This document shows positions 56,242 to 64,000 of a stretch of 64,000 bases of DNA, one piece after another. The position numbers and the translations under genes were made by a program. Each line of letters begins with the position of its first letter. Within the stretch, counting starts at the first letter, position 1. Source of the DNA: Candidatus Latescibacterota bacterium (GTDB taxonomy: Bacteria > Latescibacterota > UBA2968 > UBA8231); the NCBI GenBank assembly GCA_965217585.1, contig OZ244561.1, forward strand, positions 6,944,001 to 7,008,000, in the 5' to 3' direction. The notes beneath the pieces are model-generated. The model was not told the origin of the DNA and searched no databases. It saw only the letters and a program-made list of their open reading frames with translations.

Positions 56242-56922
56242 ATGCAGATTCTACCCAACATCTATCTTCTCGGCGGCTTTGCCTACGCCAACCACCCTAA
56301 TTTCTACCTGATCCACAGCGAGGAGGGCAATGTGGTTGTCGATGCAGCCACCGTCCCGGCAGACCTCGAACTGGCAAAGCAGCACATGGCCCTGTGGGGA
56401 ATTTCTCTGGAGAAGGTGGATTATCTGCTACTGACCCACAGTCACTATGATCACGTTGGCGCTGCGGCCGCTCTGCGCAGCCGGGGCGCACAGGTTATAG
56501 CAGGCCCCGGTGACGCGGAAGGCATAGAGTTGGCCGACTCGCGCACCGCCCCGTACGCGGCCGGGTTTCAGTTGCCACCCTGCAAGATCGATCGCGTGGT
56601 TCACGACGGCGATGTGATCGAAGCTTGCGGATTTCGTTTCGAAGTCCTTCACGCCCCCGGTCATACCAACGGGTCGGTAATATACCAGCTCAGACACCTT
56701 GGACAGATTATCTGGTTCATAGGCGATGTTGTTTTCGCGGATACGTCCCTGGGTTGGAAGGGTGGAGAGGACTTTGACAAACCGACGTATATCAAGACCC
56801 TGAAGCGACTCTCTGAGTTGCCGGTTGACTGCCTGCTCGCCGGCCACTACCATCCCTACCTGGGCAATGCCCATCGTCCCGTCGGTCGTGCCTATGTGAA
56901 CGCCCTGGTTGAATGGCGGTAG
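56242..56922 (+). CDS. MBL-fold metallo-hydrolase
   Basis: RBS AAGGAG and motifs THSHYDH (HxHxDH), PGHT, GD and AGH. Confidence 0.9.
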   Translation: MQILPNIYLLGGFAYANHPNFYLIHSEEGNVVVDAATVPADLELAKQHMALWGISLEKVDYLLLTHSHYDHVGAAAALRSRGAQVIAGPGDAEGIELADSRTAPYAAGFQLPPCKIDRVVHDGDVIEACGFRFEVLHAPGHTNGSVIYQLRHLGQIIWFIGDVVFADTSLGWKGGEDFDKPTYIKTLKRLSELPVDCLLAGHYHPYLGNAHRPVGRAYVNALVEWR

Positions 56923-56949
56923 GAAAATGCCCCTAACTGCACGATCAGC

Positions 56950-57230
56950 TTGCAGGCCTCGTTTCGACATACTCAACCCCTTCACCGCTCTATCTGGTCA
57001 TCCGGCACAGGGGTAGACACCTTCATTTACTACTTCCTGCGCCGGGAATCCGAGGGGAGCGCCAGACACGACTACCAGGTTGCTCTGCTGCTCGAGCTTT
57101 CCTCGGCCGACCTAGGGAAGTCCGCTCAAATCTCCTTTTTTATTACCGACGATACCAGCAACGACCTCTTGCACAACGTGGTGCTTAAAATCGCGGTTTT
57201 CAACCTGATCTCGGCGGACTGGCTCGAATT
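56950..57230 (+). pseudogene. Fragment of a GHL10-like gene (C-terminal domain) interrupted by the 515-bp duplication
   Basis: YFLRRESEGSARHDYQVALLLELSSAD...ISFFITDD...IAVFNLISADWLEF aligns with YVLRIRNQAATELGYDANLPLEIEAAD...IPFYIADD...ISFSNLVSGDQLGI of 14359-15900. Confidence 0.65.
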
Positions 57231-57745
57231 CTTCGTAAAAGTTTCTGATCTGGGCCAATTCCCTATGGGGAATGATCCACTCCGGGATGTAGGGCAATAG
57301 GCTCTCGCGCCAGTTGTTTTCCGGCGAGGCGTAGTAAATCACACTGGTGACTTTCGGCAGGAAGTAGGAGACGAACCCATCCGTGGTGACGCCTGAGCCC
57401 ACGATCCACATGACGTAGATCTGGGCCAATTCGGCTGGGCTCAACATCCACCGGCGGCGGATCAACCCCACCAGGGGGTTGAGGAAGAGCACCAAGACGA
57501 AAAACATGATCACGGGGCCCGGGGTGAAGAACCAGTTGCCGAACCCGGATGTCTTCAGTATCATGTCGGAGTACTGGAAACCAGCGCCGACCACCAGACA
57601 ACCTACCGCGCCGATGAGCAGGGCGCGAAAGCTGGGTACCCATGCAGAGGACGGGATCACGGTGCCCCTCCAGGTGCAGTGTATTTGGCTGATGCGGATC
57701 GAATATAGGCAAGATTCGAGCATTGGCCGAATATTTATTGAGGGC
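57231..57745 (-). pseudogene. Truncated duplicate of the 5' end of the DUF6785-type gene 37643-39625
   Basis: Near-identical to 39133-39647. The reading frame runs into unrelated sequence after NFYE. Confidence 0.85.
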
Positions 57746-57878
57746 TACAAAGTACACCTGCTGGTACTGAAAATGCTGCTTCGTTTGGGCGGCCCACGCC
57801 TGTTTGACCGCGCCTGACCGCTTGGAGACTTTTCAGCTGCGGTCCGTTGCTGAACGTCTCCCGGAAAGGAATTTTCCC

Positions 57879-59810
57879 ATGGCTCCCGAAATCCAAATCC
57901 AGGCAACCCGAGTTTCGCCGCCGCCTACATGGGCGCTCTTGCAGCGCCAGTTGATCCAGACCATGGAGGCGGCCGCGCCCCTGATGGTCGAGCAGTACGC
58001 CGAAAAGGGCGGGGTCTTTTACTACGCCGATTGCGTGGACGACCTCTACGAACAGTGTTATAACTGGGGCCTGTTCTACGCCATGGGCGCAGATGAGCGG
58101 GTGCTGGATTTGGCCCTGCAGCAGTGGAACGCCACCTCCCGCTTCTTCGACGATAGCATCGTGAGCCGGGTGCATCCGCGGTTTATACCACAGATCCATA
58201 ACGAGTACTCCACCGCTGGCGAGCCGGGGGGAGCCGAGTGGCACCACCTAGGCGAAGGCAATATGGCCTTTTACGACTTTGGCGTGGCCGATCCCACCAT
58301 TTCGGAAAACGTGCGCCGCGCCCAGCGCTTTGCCGCCATCCACATGGGCGAAGATCCTGAAGCCCCCAACTACGATCCCGAGCACAAGGTCTTCCGCTCT
58401 CCAATCCAGACCAGCAGGGGCCCCTACCTAAAGACCACGGTCGAGCACGTGATTTCCTGGCTCCAAGGCGGGACCGGAGACGACTACCGCTACTACGGGG
58501 TTCGCGCCTCCCTCTACCCGGCAGTCGAAGACCTGAAGCCGGACTGGCACGAAAACCCCGGGCGCCGGAAAGAGATTGTCAAGCTGTTCGAGGAGATCGT
58601 GCTCAACGGCGACGTAGCCAATAGCCTCGGTGCCACTGCCCTAGTCACCAATGCCTACCTCTACAGCGGAGAGGACAAGTACAAACAGTGGGTCCTGGAC
58701 TACACCGATGCCTGGATGGAGCGGATGCGGCGCAACAACGGCATCATGCCGGACAATGTGGGGCCCACCGGCAAGATCGGCGAGAATCGCCGGGGCAACT
58801 GGTGGGGCGGGCTCTACGGCTGGAATTCCTACTGCGGCTTCAACATCCTGTTCCATTCGCTCACCATCGCCGCCGAGTGTGCCCTTCTGCTCAGCGGCGA
58901 TGCCGGGTACCTCGATCTGCTGCGCTCGCAGATCAACGTCCTGTTGGACAATGCCATCACCCGCGAGGACGGCCAGCTTCTTTTGGCGACCCGGCACACC
59001 CCCGAGGGATGGGGTTATTACCAGTGGGATCCCTCCCCCGAGAGGGGGCACCTCAAAGCCTTCCGCCTGCAGGAACTGGCCCACCTCTATCACGCCTCCA
59101 TGGCGGCCGAGGACTACGCGCTAATCGAGCGGATACGGAAGACCGACCAAGAGCGAGACTGGAACGAGGTCCCCATCGAAGGGGAAAAAAACCACGGCGC
59201 CACGGAACTGGCCCGCTTTCAATACTACGACGGCGAGAATCCGGACTGGCCCGAGAAGATTCTACGGGCCGAGTACGAGAATGCCCAGGCCGCCTTGGAG
59301 ATTATACAGAACGAAGAGCGGGATGCGGCCACCTTGATCGCGGATAACTTCTGTCCCCCCAATCCGGTCTTCACCAAGGGTCTGACACAGGTGATGATGG
59401 GGGCGCCGCAGTCGGTGTACAACGGCGGCCTATTGCGCGCCACCGTGCGCTACTTCGATGCGGAGCGCGCCCGGCCGGGTCTGCCCCCGGATGTGGCCGC
59501 CCTAGTCGACGAGCTCGCATCCGAGAAGGTCGGTATCCAGCTTTTTAACCTCAATACCAGCGAGACGCGCAACCTGATCGTGCAGGCCGGGGCCTTCGGA
59601 GAACACCATTTCACTGAATTGCGCTTCGAGGAAGAAGGTCGGGACAGGGCCGAGACAAAAATCATTCCCGTTGATTCAAAGCACTTCTCAATCCAGCTCC
59701 CACCGGGCACCAATATTCGCCTGGAGGCGAGGATGCGGCGCTTTGCCAATCGGCCTACCTATGCCTTCCCCTGGCATGGAGACAAAATACCGGTGCCTTT
59801 CTTGCCATAA
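57879..59810 (+). CDS. Conserved hypothetical protein (Trp/Tyr-rich, possibly an alpha/alpha-barrel enzyme)
   Basis: Long ORF with strongly coding composition and AAGGA upstream of ATG 57879. Motifs are DDLYE, WHHLGEG, PDNVG, WWGGLYGW and RPGLPPDVAALV. No signal peptide. Confidence 0.75.
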   Translation: MAPEIQIQATRVSPPPTWALLQRQLIQTMEAAAPLMVEQYAEKGGVFYYADCVDDLYEQCYNWGLFYAMGADERVLDLALQQWNATSRFFDDSIVSRVHPRFIPQIHNEYSTAGEPGGAEWHHLGEGNMAFYDFGVADPTISENVRRAQRFAAIHMGEDPEAPNYDPEHKVFRSPIQTSRGPYLKTTVEHVISWLQGGTGDDYRYYGVRASLYPAVEDLKPDWHENPGRRKEIVKLFEEIVLNGDVANSLGATALVTNAYLYSGEDKYKQWVLDYTDAWMERMRRNNGIMPDNVGPTGKIGENRRGNWWGGLYGWNSYCGFNILFHSLTIAAECALLLSGDAGYLDLLRSQINVLLDNAITREDGQLLLATRHTPEGWGYYQWDPSPERGHLKAFRLQELAHLYHASMAAEDYALIERIRKTDQERDWNEVPIEGEKNHGATELARFQYYDGENPDWPEKILRAEYENAQAALEIIQNEERDAATLIADNFCPPNPVFTKGLTQVMMGAPQSVYNGGLLRATVRYFDAERARPGLPPDVAALVDELASEKVGIQLFNLNTSETRNLIVQAGAFGEHHFTELRFEEEGRDRAETKIIPVDSKHFSIQLPPGTNIRLEARMRRFANRPTYAFPWHGDKIPVPFLP

Positions 59811-59827
59811 CAGTCAGAGATCTTCAG

Positions 59828-60040
59828 ATGAGCGACGAGAAATCCATTAAAAACGAAGCCGATCACCTCTTCAACATGGTGAAATGCCAGTACGGCGACC
59901 GGCTCACTCCAGAAGAATTGGCAGAAGTCCACAAGATGGTGGAAAGCAACTTGGAGGCAGCGCACGTCCTGAGAGCCGTCGAGCTAGATCCGCGAGACGA
60001 ACCCTTCTTGGTCTTCACGCCCTACCGCAAGGAGCCATGA
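59828..60040 (+). CDS. Small GatC/AtzG-like amidase partner protein
   Basis: A 70-aa helical protein ending LRAVELDPRDEPFLVF, 3 bp upstream of an amidase. Confidence 0.6.
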   Translation: MSDEKSIKNEADHLFNMVKCQYGDRLTPEELAEVHKMVESNLEAAHVLRAVELDPRDEPFLVFTPYRKEP

Positions 60041-60043
60041 ACC

Positions 60044-61447
60044 GTGAATAGCAATGTGGTCTTCATGCCTCTTAGAGAGCTGGCCGGGCTGGTGCGCACC
60101 CGGCAGGTCTCCCCGGTGGAATTGGCCGAGGTCTTCCTAGATCGTCTGGAAAATCTGGGACCCAAGTACAACGCGGTCGTCACGATGACTCGGCAACGAG
60201 CCGAGGAACAGGCCCGCCGGACCACAGAGGAGATCGCTGCGGGCAACTACAAAGGCCCCTTGCACGGCATACCCTACGGCCTCAAGGACGCCTTTGCTAC
60301 CTCGGGGATTCCCACTTCCTATGGCGCAGCACCGCTCAAAGATCAGACATTCGACTACGACGCCACCGTGGTCCAGAACCTGGAAAAGGCCGGGGCTGTT
60401 CTAGTGGCCAAGCTCGCCCTGGTGGAGTTGGCCGGGATCATGGTCTACCGCCAGCCCGATGCCTCCTTTACCGGCCCGGGCATCAATCCCTGGAATCGCA
60501 CTACTTGGAGCGGGGGTTCGTCGAGTGGCTCGGCCTCGGCAGTGTGCGCCGGCCTGGTGCCCTTTGCCATCGGTTCGGAGACCTGGGGATCCATTATAAG
60601 GCCCGCCAACAACTGCGGCATTTCCGGCCTGCGCCCGACCTACGGCCGCGTCAGCCGCCACGGAGGATTGGCCTTGTGCTGGACCTTGGACAAGGTGGGA
60701 CCCATGTGTCTGAATGCCGATGACTGCGGCCTAGTCCTGGAGAGTATTGCCGGGCACGACCCAAAAGATCCAAGCTCGACCACCCGGCCCTTCCGGTACC
60801 GAGTCCAGACCGACAGGCCCTTCAGGCTGGGAGTGCTCAAGGGCGGTGCGGATGGTGCCGAGGAAGAAGTGCGGACCAACTTCGAAAAAACACTCAAGGT
60901 GCTCAAAGCGATTGCCACCATCGACGAGGTCGAGTTCCCGGATATGCCCTACGAAGAGGTGACCCGGATCATCATGATGGCCGAATCGGCCAGCGCCTTT
61001 GAAGAGTTCACCGAAAGCGGCCAAGCCGCGGAACTGACCGCGCCCGAAGACCACTATGGCCCGTACGGCCGCGCCGCAGTGCTGGCCAAAGACTATCTGC
61101 GAGCCCTGCGCCTGCGCTCGGTGATCTGCCGGGAGATTGACGAGGTGATGAGTCCGTACGATGCCCTACTTGCTCCCGGACGGCTCACAGTGGCTTCGCC
61201 CATTGACCAGCCCTTCCGCAACCCGGCGCGCGGGGTGCTCAAGGATGTAATCGGCGCCGTGGGAAACAGCGCCGGGCTGCCGACCATTTCCGTGCCCAAT
61301 GGTTTCAACGACAACGGGCTGCCGACCGGACTGCAGATCATGGGCCGGGCCTACGAGGAAAACAAGATCCTGTCCGTGGCTTGCGCGTATCAGTCCCTGA
61401 CCGATTGGCATTTGCAGCACCCGCCCGCCTTGGTTCCTCCAACCTGA
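60044..61447 (+). CDS. Amidase-signature family enzyme
   Basis: GPLHGIPYGLKD (Lys), GGSSSGSA, GSETWGSI (Ser nucleophile), PTYGRVSR and GLPTGLQI. Confidence 0.92.
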   Translation: MNSNVVFMPLRELAGLVRTRQVSPVELAEVFLDRLENLGPKYNAVVTMTRQRAEEQARRTTEEIAAGNYKGPLHGIPYGLKDAFATSGIPTSYGAAPLKDQTFDYDATVVQNLEKAGAVLVAKLALVELAGIMVYRQPDASFTGPGINPWNRTTWSGGSSSGSASAVCAGLVPFAIGSETWGSIIRPANNCGISGLRPTYGRVSRHGGLALCWTLDKVGPMCLNADDCGLVLESIAGHDPKDPSSTTRPFRYRVQTDRPFRLGVLKGGADGAEEEVRTNFEKTLKVLKAIATIDEVEFPDMPYEEVTRIIMMAESASAFEEFTESGQAAELTAPEDHYGPYGRAAVLAKDYLRALRLRSVICREIDEVMSPYDALLAPGRLTVASPIDQPFRNPARGVLKDVIGAVGNSAGLPTISVPNGFNDNGLPTGLQIMGRAYEENKILSVACAYQSLTDWHLQHPPALVPPT

Positions 61448-61506
61448 GAAGCCTTCTCAAAATTCCCTGACCGAGCAGACGAATTGTGCTTGCGGGCAGC
61501 TACAGG

Positions 61507-62424
61507 TCAAGTCCGTCCTAAAACGGCCTTCACCCGTTCCAGTTCCTCCCCCGCCAGTCCTATTCCATTGGACGCTCCGGCGTTCATTTCCAACTGCTCG
61601 ATGTGCTTGGCCCCGGCGATGATGGTCGACACCACTGGATAACTCAGGAGGTACTGGAGGGCGGCTTGGGCTAGGCTGCGCCCCGCCCGCTCGAGAAACC
61701 GAAGTTCTTCCACTTTCCGCAAAATGATCTGGTGGGCCACCACCGCCCCTTGTTCGTGCCAGCCACTTCCCGTGAAGGCGTGGTCGGCCGCATACTTGCC
61801 GCTCACCAAGCCCCGGGCCAGACCCTGTTTGACCACGACGCCCACATCCCGCTCGGTCGCCAGCCCGAACATAGCGTCCGCCATATCGTGGTAGAGCATG
61901 TGGAAGGTGGGCTGCAGCGAGTCAATCAGGTCCTGTTCCAGCAGCCAGACACCGGCGTCGATGTGGTTGACACTGGCCCCCCAGTAGCGAATCTTGCCCT
62001 GTTCCTTCAGGCTCTGCATGGCCTCCAGCCAATTGTTCTCCTGCAGATGATGAAGCTGTGGACTGTGCAGTTGGTACACATCGATATAATCCGTCTGCAA
62101 CCGGCGCAAACTCGCCTCTACCGCCTCTTCAATATGCCCGGGAGAAATATCCCGTCCCTCCCTGGGGATAACACTGCCGACCTTGGTGGCCAGAATCATC
62201 CGGTCGCGGCGTCCCTGCAGCGCTTTCCCCAGCATGATCTCGCTCCTCCCTTCCTGGTACACGTCCGCTGTATCGACGCAATTGATGCCCAGTTCCATGG
62301 CCCGATGCACCATGGCGATGTGCTCGGACTCGGTCAGTTCCCGCCGGCCCAGCATATTGGTGCCATAGCCGATTTCGGACACCTTTAGTTCAGTCCTGCC
62401 CAATCTTCGGTAGTGCATATTCAC
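61507..62424 (-). CDS. Aldo/keto reductase
   Basis: YRRLGRTELKVSEIG, DTADVY, ATKVG, SLRRLQTDYIDVYQLH and GKIRYWG. Confidence 0.92.
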   Translation of the reverse strand: MNMHYRRLGRTELKVSEIGYGTNMLGRRELTESEHIAMVHRAMELGINCVDTADVYQEGRSEIMLGKALQGRRDRMILATKVGSVIPREGRDISPGHIEEAVEASLRRLQTDYIDVYQLHSPQLHHLQENNWLEAMQSLKEQGKIRYWGASVNHIDAGVWLLEQDLIDSLQPTFHMLYHDMADAMFGLATERDVGVVVKQGLARGLVSGKYAADHAFTGSGWHEQGAVVAHQIILRKVEELRFLERAGRSLAQAALQYLLSYPVVSTIIAGAKHIEQLEMNAGASNGIGLAGEELERVKAVLGRT

Positions 62425-62429
62425 CTCGC

Positions 62430-64000
62430 TCAGAAATAGACCAGGATATTTCCCTGCATGCCCGTCGAACTATCAATTAGAAACCACGCGCCGCCCGCAG
62501 CCACATTACCCAAGACCAATCCCAGGAAAAATGGCTGAATCCGCCTGTACAATCCAGGCCCCCCGTATTTCAACACCACGCTCTTGAAGAGCCACACCAG
62601 GAAGACGCTCACCCAGATCTGGTTGGTAACCCAAGTCGTGGCAATGGGCAAGCCGACCGGATGCAGCGGCCACCACAAAAAGTAGTGCCGCGCCAGCATC
62701 AGCAACACCATGACCCCACCGCCTACTGCCACGTAAAACCATCCCTCCCAGTTCACCGCCATCGGGTTGGCGATCCACCCCGCTATATCCTCGAAGGGCG
62801 TTTGCGACCCCACGAAAAAGTACTGGTTCAGGTTGATGCCGCCGTAGGTATAGGCTTGGTGGAGGAGGTACCAGGTCGAGCCGACCAGACTGATGACCAC
62901 CGCCCATACAATCGCCCAGAACAGCCGCGGTCCGCCCCCCCGCGCGTGGAGTTCTCCGTCGAGCTTTAGCGCGTTGGCGCACGCGGCCATGGCGAAAATG
63001 CGCACCTTCAAAATCCACACGTACGTCATGCCTAGCGCCGCCAAGCCCTCTGCGCCGATGGCCGTGGTTCCCACCGTGGAGGTCATAAAGGCCTGTGGAT
63101 AAATCGGCGCCCGGATGGTCGCCAAGCCCGCCTCGGCCACAAAACGGCTCAACCCCACGAATAGGACGAAGACCACGAACAGAAACCAGGGCACCAACCA
63201 ACCCGGCAGTCCCGACAGGGTCAGCCACGCGCCCAAGATAGCCAAGCCGATAATCGTCCCGAACACCGCGGTGCGATAGGAGAGCATCTCCCCAGAGTCG
63301 TCCACTGCTGCGTCCCCCAAAAAAGCTTTGCGGCACACGGCCCGCAAATGATTGCGCCCCACCCACAGACTGAAGAGCACAAAGGCAATCAGGGCACCCA
63401 TGCCCTCGTGGGCTGCAATCGCTTCCGAAGTGGCGTACCCGGTCAGTCGCTCTCTCATGGCGATGCCCAAGACGCTGAAGAGGCCCTGTTGGGCGGTGGT
63501 CAGCAGAAAAAAAACCCAGATGCTCAGGAGCACTTGTAGGTTGACGAAATAGGCAAACCCCAAGGTCATAAAGCTGAGGGCGAGGCGCAGGCTCACTAGG
63601 TCGCGGAATACGGGGATACTGGTGTCGAGGACTATCGCGGGGATGAAATTGTAATAGCTGTGCAGAGCATCGAGACTCAGCAACGCGAACGGGATAGAGA
63701 ACCCCAGCCACATGACGGGATTGCGGAAAAACGGCCGCATCAGCGAGCCGTCCTCCTCGATCATCTCTATGGGCAGCTTCACCAGCGGATACACCAAGCG
63801 CTCGTGGTCGATCCACTGCCGCCGCAGAATGACCATCGTGCACACCATCACGAAGCACAAGGTCAAAAAGAACAGCGCCCAGCCGCACAGCGGTTGTATC
63901 CACGCCCCCCACGGAATGGGCACCCCGGCTGGCGACCCCTCGAAAAAGTGCTGCACGGCCTCACCATCCAGCGGCGCGAACCACCCCTTCATATACGGGT
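62430..64000 (-). CDS. DUF6785/DUF6784-type membrane protein (5' end beyond the window)
   Basis: Close paralog of 3600-5543, sharing ILKVRIFAMAACANALK, WWPLHPVGLPIATT and the ending TGMQGNILVY. Confidence 0.75.
   Translation of the reverse strand, partial: PYMKGWFAPLDGEAVQHFFEGSPAGVPIPWGAWIQPLCGWALFFLTLCFVMVCTMVILRRQWIDHERLVYPLVKLPIEMIEEDGSLMRPFFRNPVMWLGFSIPFALLSLDALHSYYNFIPAIVLDTSIPVFRDLVSLRLALSFMTLGFAYFVNLQVLLSIWVFFLLTTAQQGLFSVLGIAMRERLTGYATSEAIAAHEGMGALIAFVLFSLWVGRNHLRAVCRKAFLGDAAVDDSGEMLSYRTAVFGTIIGLAILGAWLTLSGLPGWLVPWFLFVVFVLFVGLSRFVAEAGLATIRAPIYPQAFMTSTVGTTAIGAEGLAALGMTYVWILKVRIFAMAACANALKLDGELHARGGGPRLFWAIVWAVVISLVGSTWYLLHQAYTYGGINLNQYFFVGSQTPFEDIAGWIANPMAVNWEGWFYVAVGGGVMVLLMLARHYFLWWPLHPVGLPIATTWVTNQIWVSVFLVWLFKSVVLKYGGPGLYRRIQPFFLGLVLGNVAAGGAWFLIDSSTGMQGNILVYF

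Noticed and set aside
55964-56311. 115-aa ORF upstream of the MBL hydrolase, and similarly 54264-54515
   Set aside because: AT-rich intergenic composition, no RBS or motifs, and overlap with real features.
59828-61447. gatC-gatA assignment
   Set aside because: There is no adjacent gatB, and the amidase has LVELA and GSETWGS rather than GatA-type MDEFAM and GSDTGGS.

Overview
GC-rich bacterial window with no housekeeping genes, rRNA, tRNA or CRISPR array. Gene content suggests an FCB-superphylum organism such as Ca. Latescibacterota; this is inference only. The main feature is a five-family gene cassette of uncharacterised exported proteins, present in two diverged, reordered, convergent copies (about 19.1-34.9 kb on +, 42.5-54.0 kb on -). 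Family A comprises ~890-aa putative outer-membrane beta-barrels with acidic loops (3 paralogs). Families B, C and D are six mutually homologous secreted proteins with discoidin-like domains and a (PNP)FTPNGDGxND FlgD-Ig/type-B CTD-like C-terminus. Family E comprises CBM9/DOMON-like proteins ending in a short TAVxxx[ST]W[GA]xIKxxF tail, which a stand-alone secreted Cache protein also carries. The cassettes are flanked by four DUF6785/DUF6784-type membrane proteins, three CRTAC1/ASPIC-UnbV FG-GAP proteins, a PPIase lipoprotein, a GT39-like/TPR protein and catabolic enzymes (GHL10-like, two Gfo/Idh/MocA, enolase superfamily, amidase, aldo/keto reductase, MBL hydrolase). Signs of turnover include an IS3-like element with a 14-bp target duplication, a near-identical 515-bp duplication and several gene remnants. 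All family assignments come from motif recognition by eye; no database search was run.
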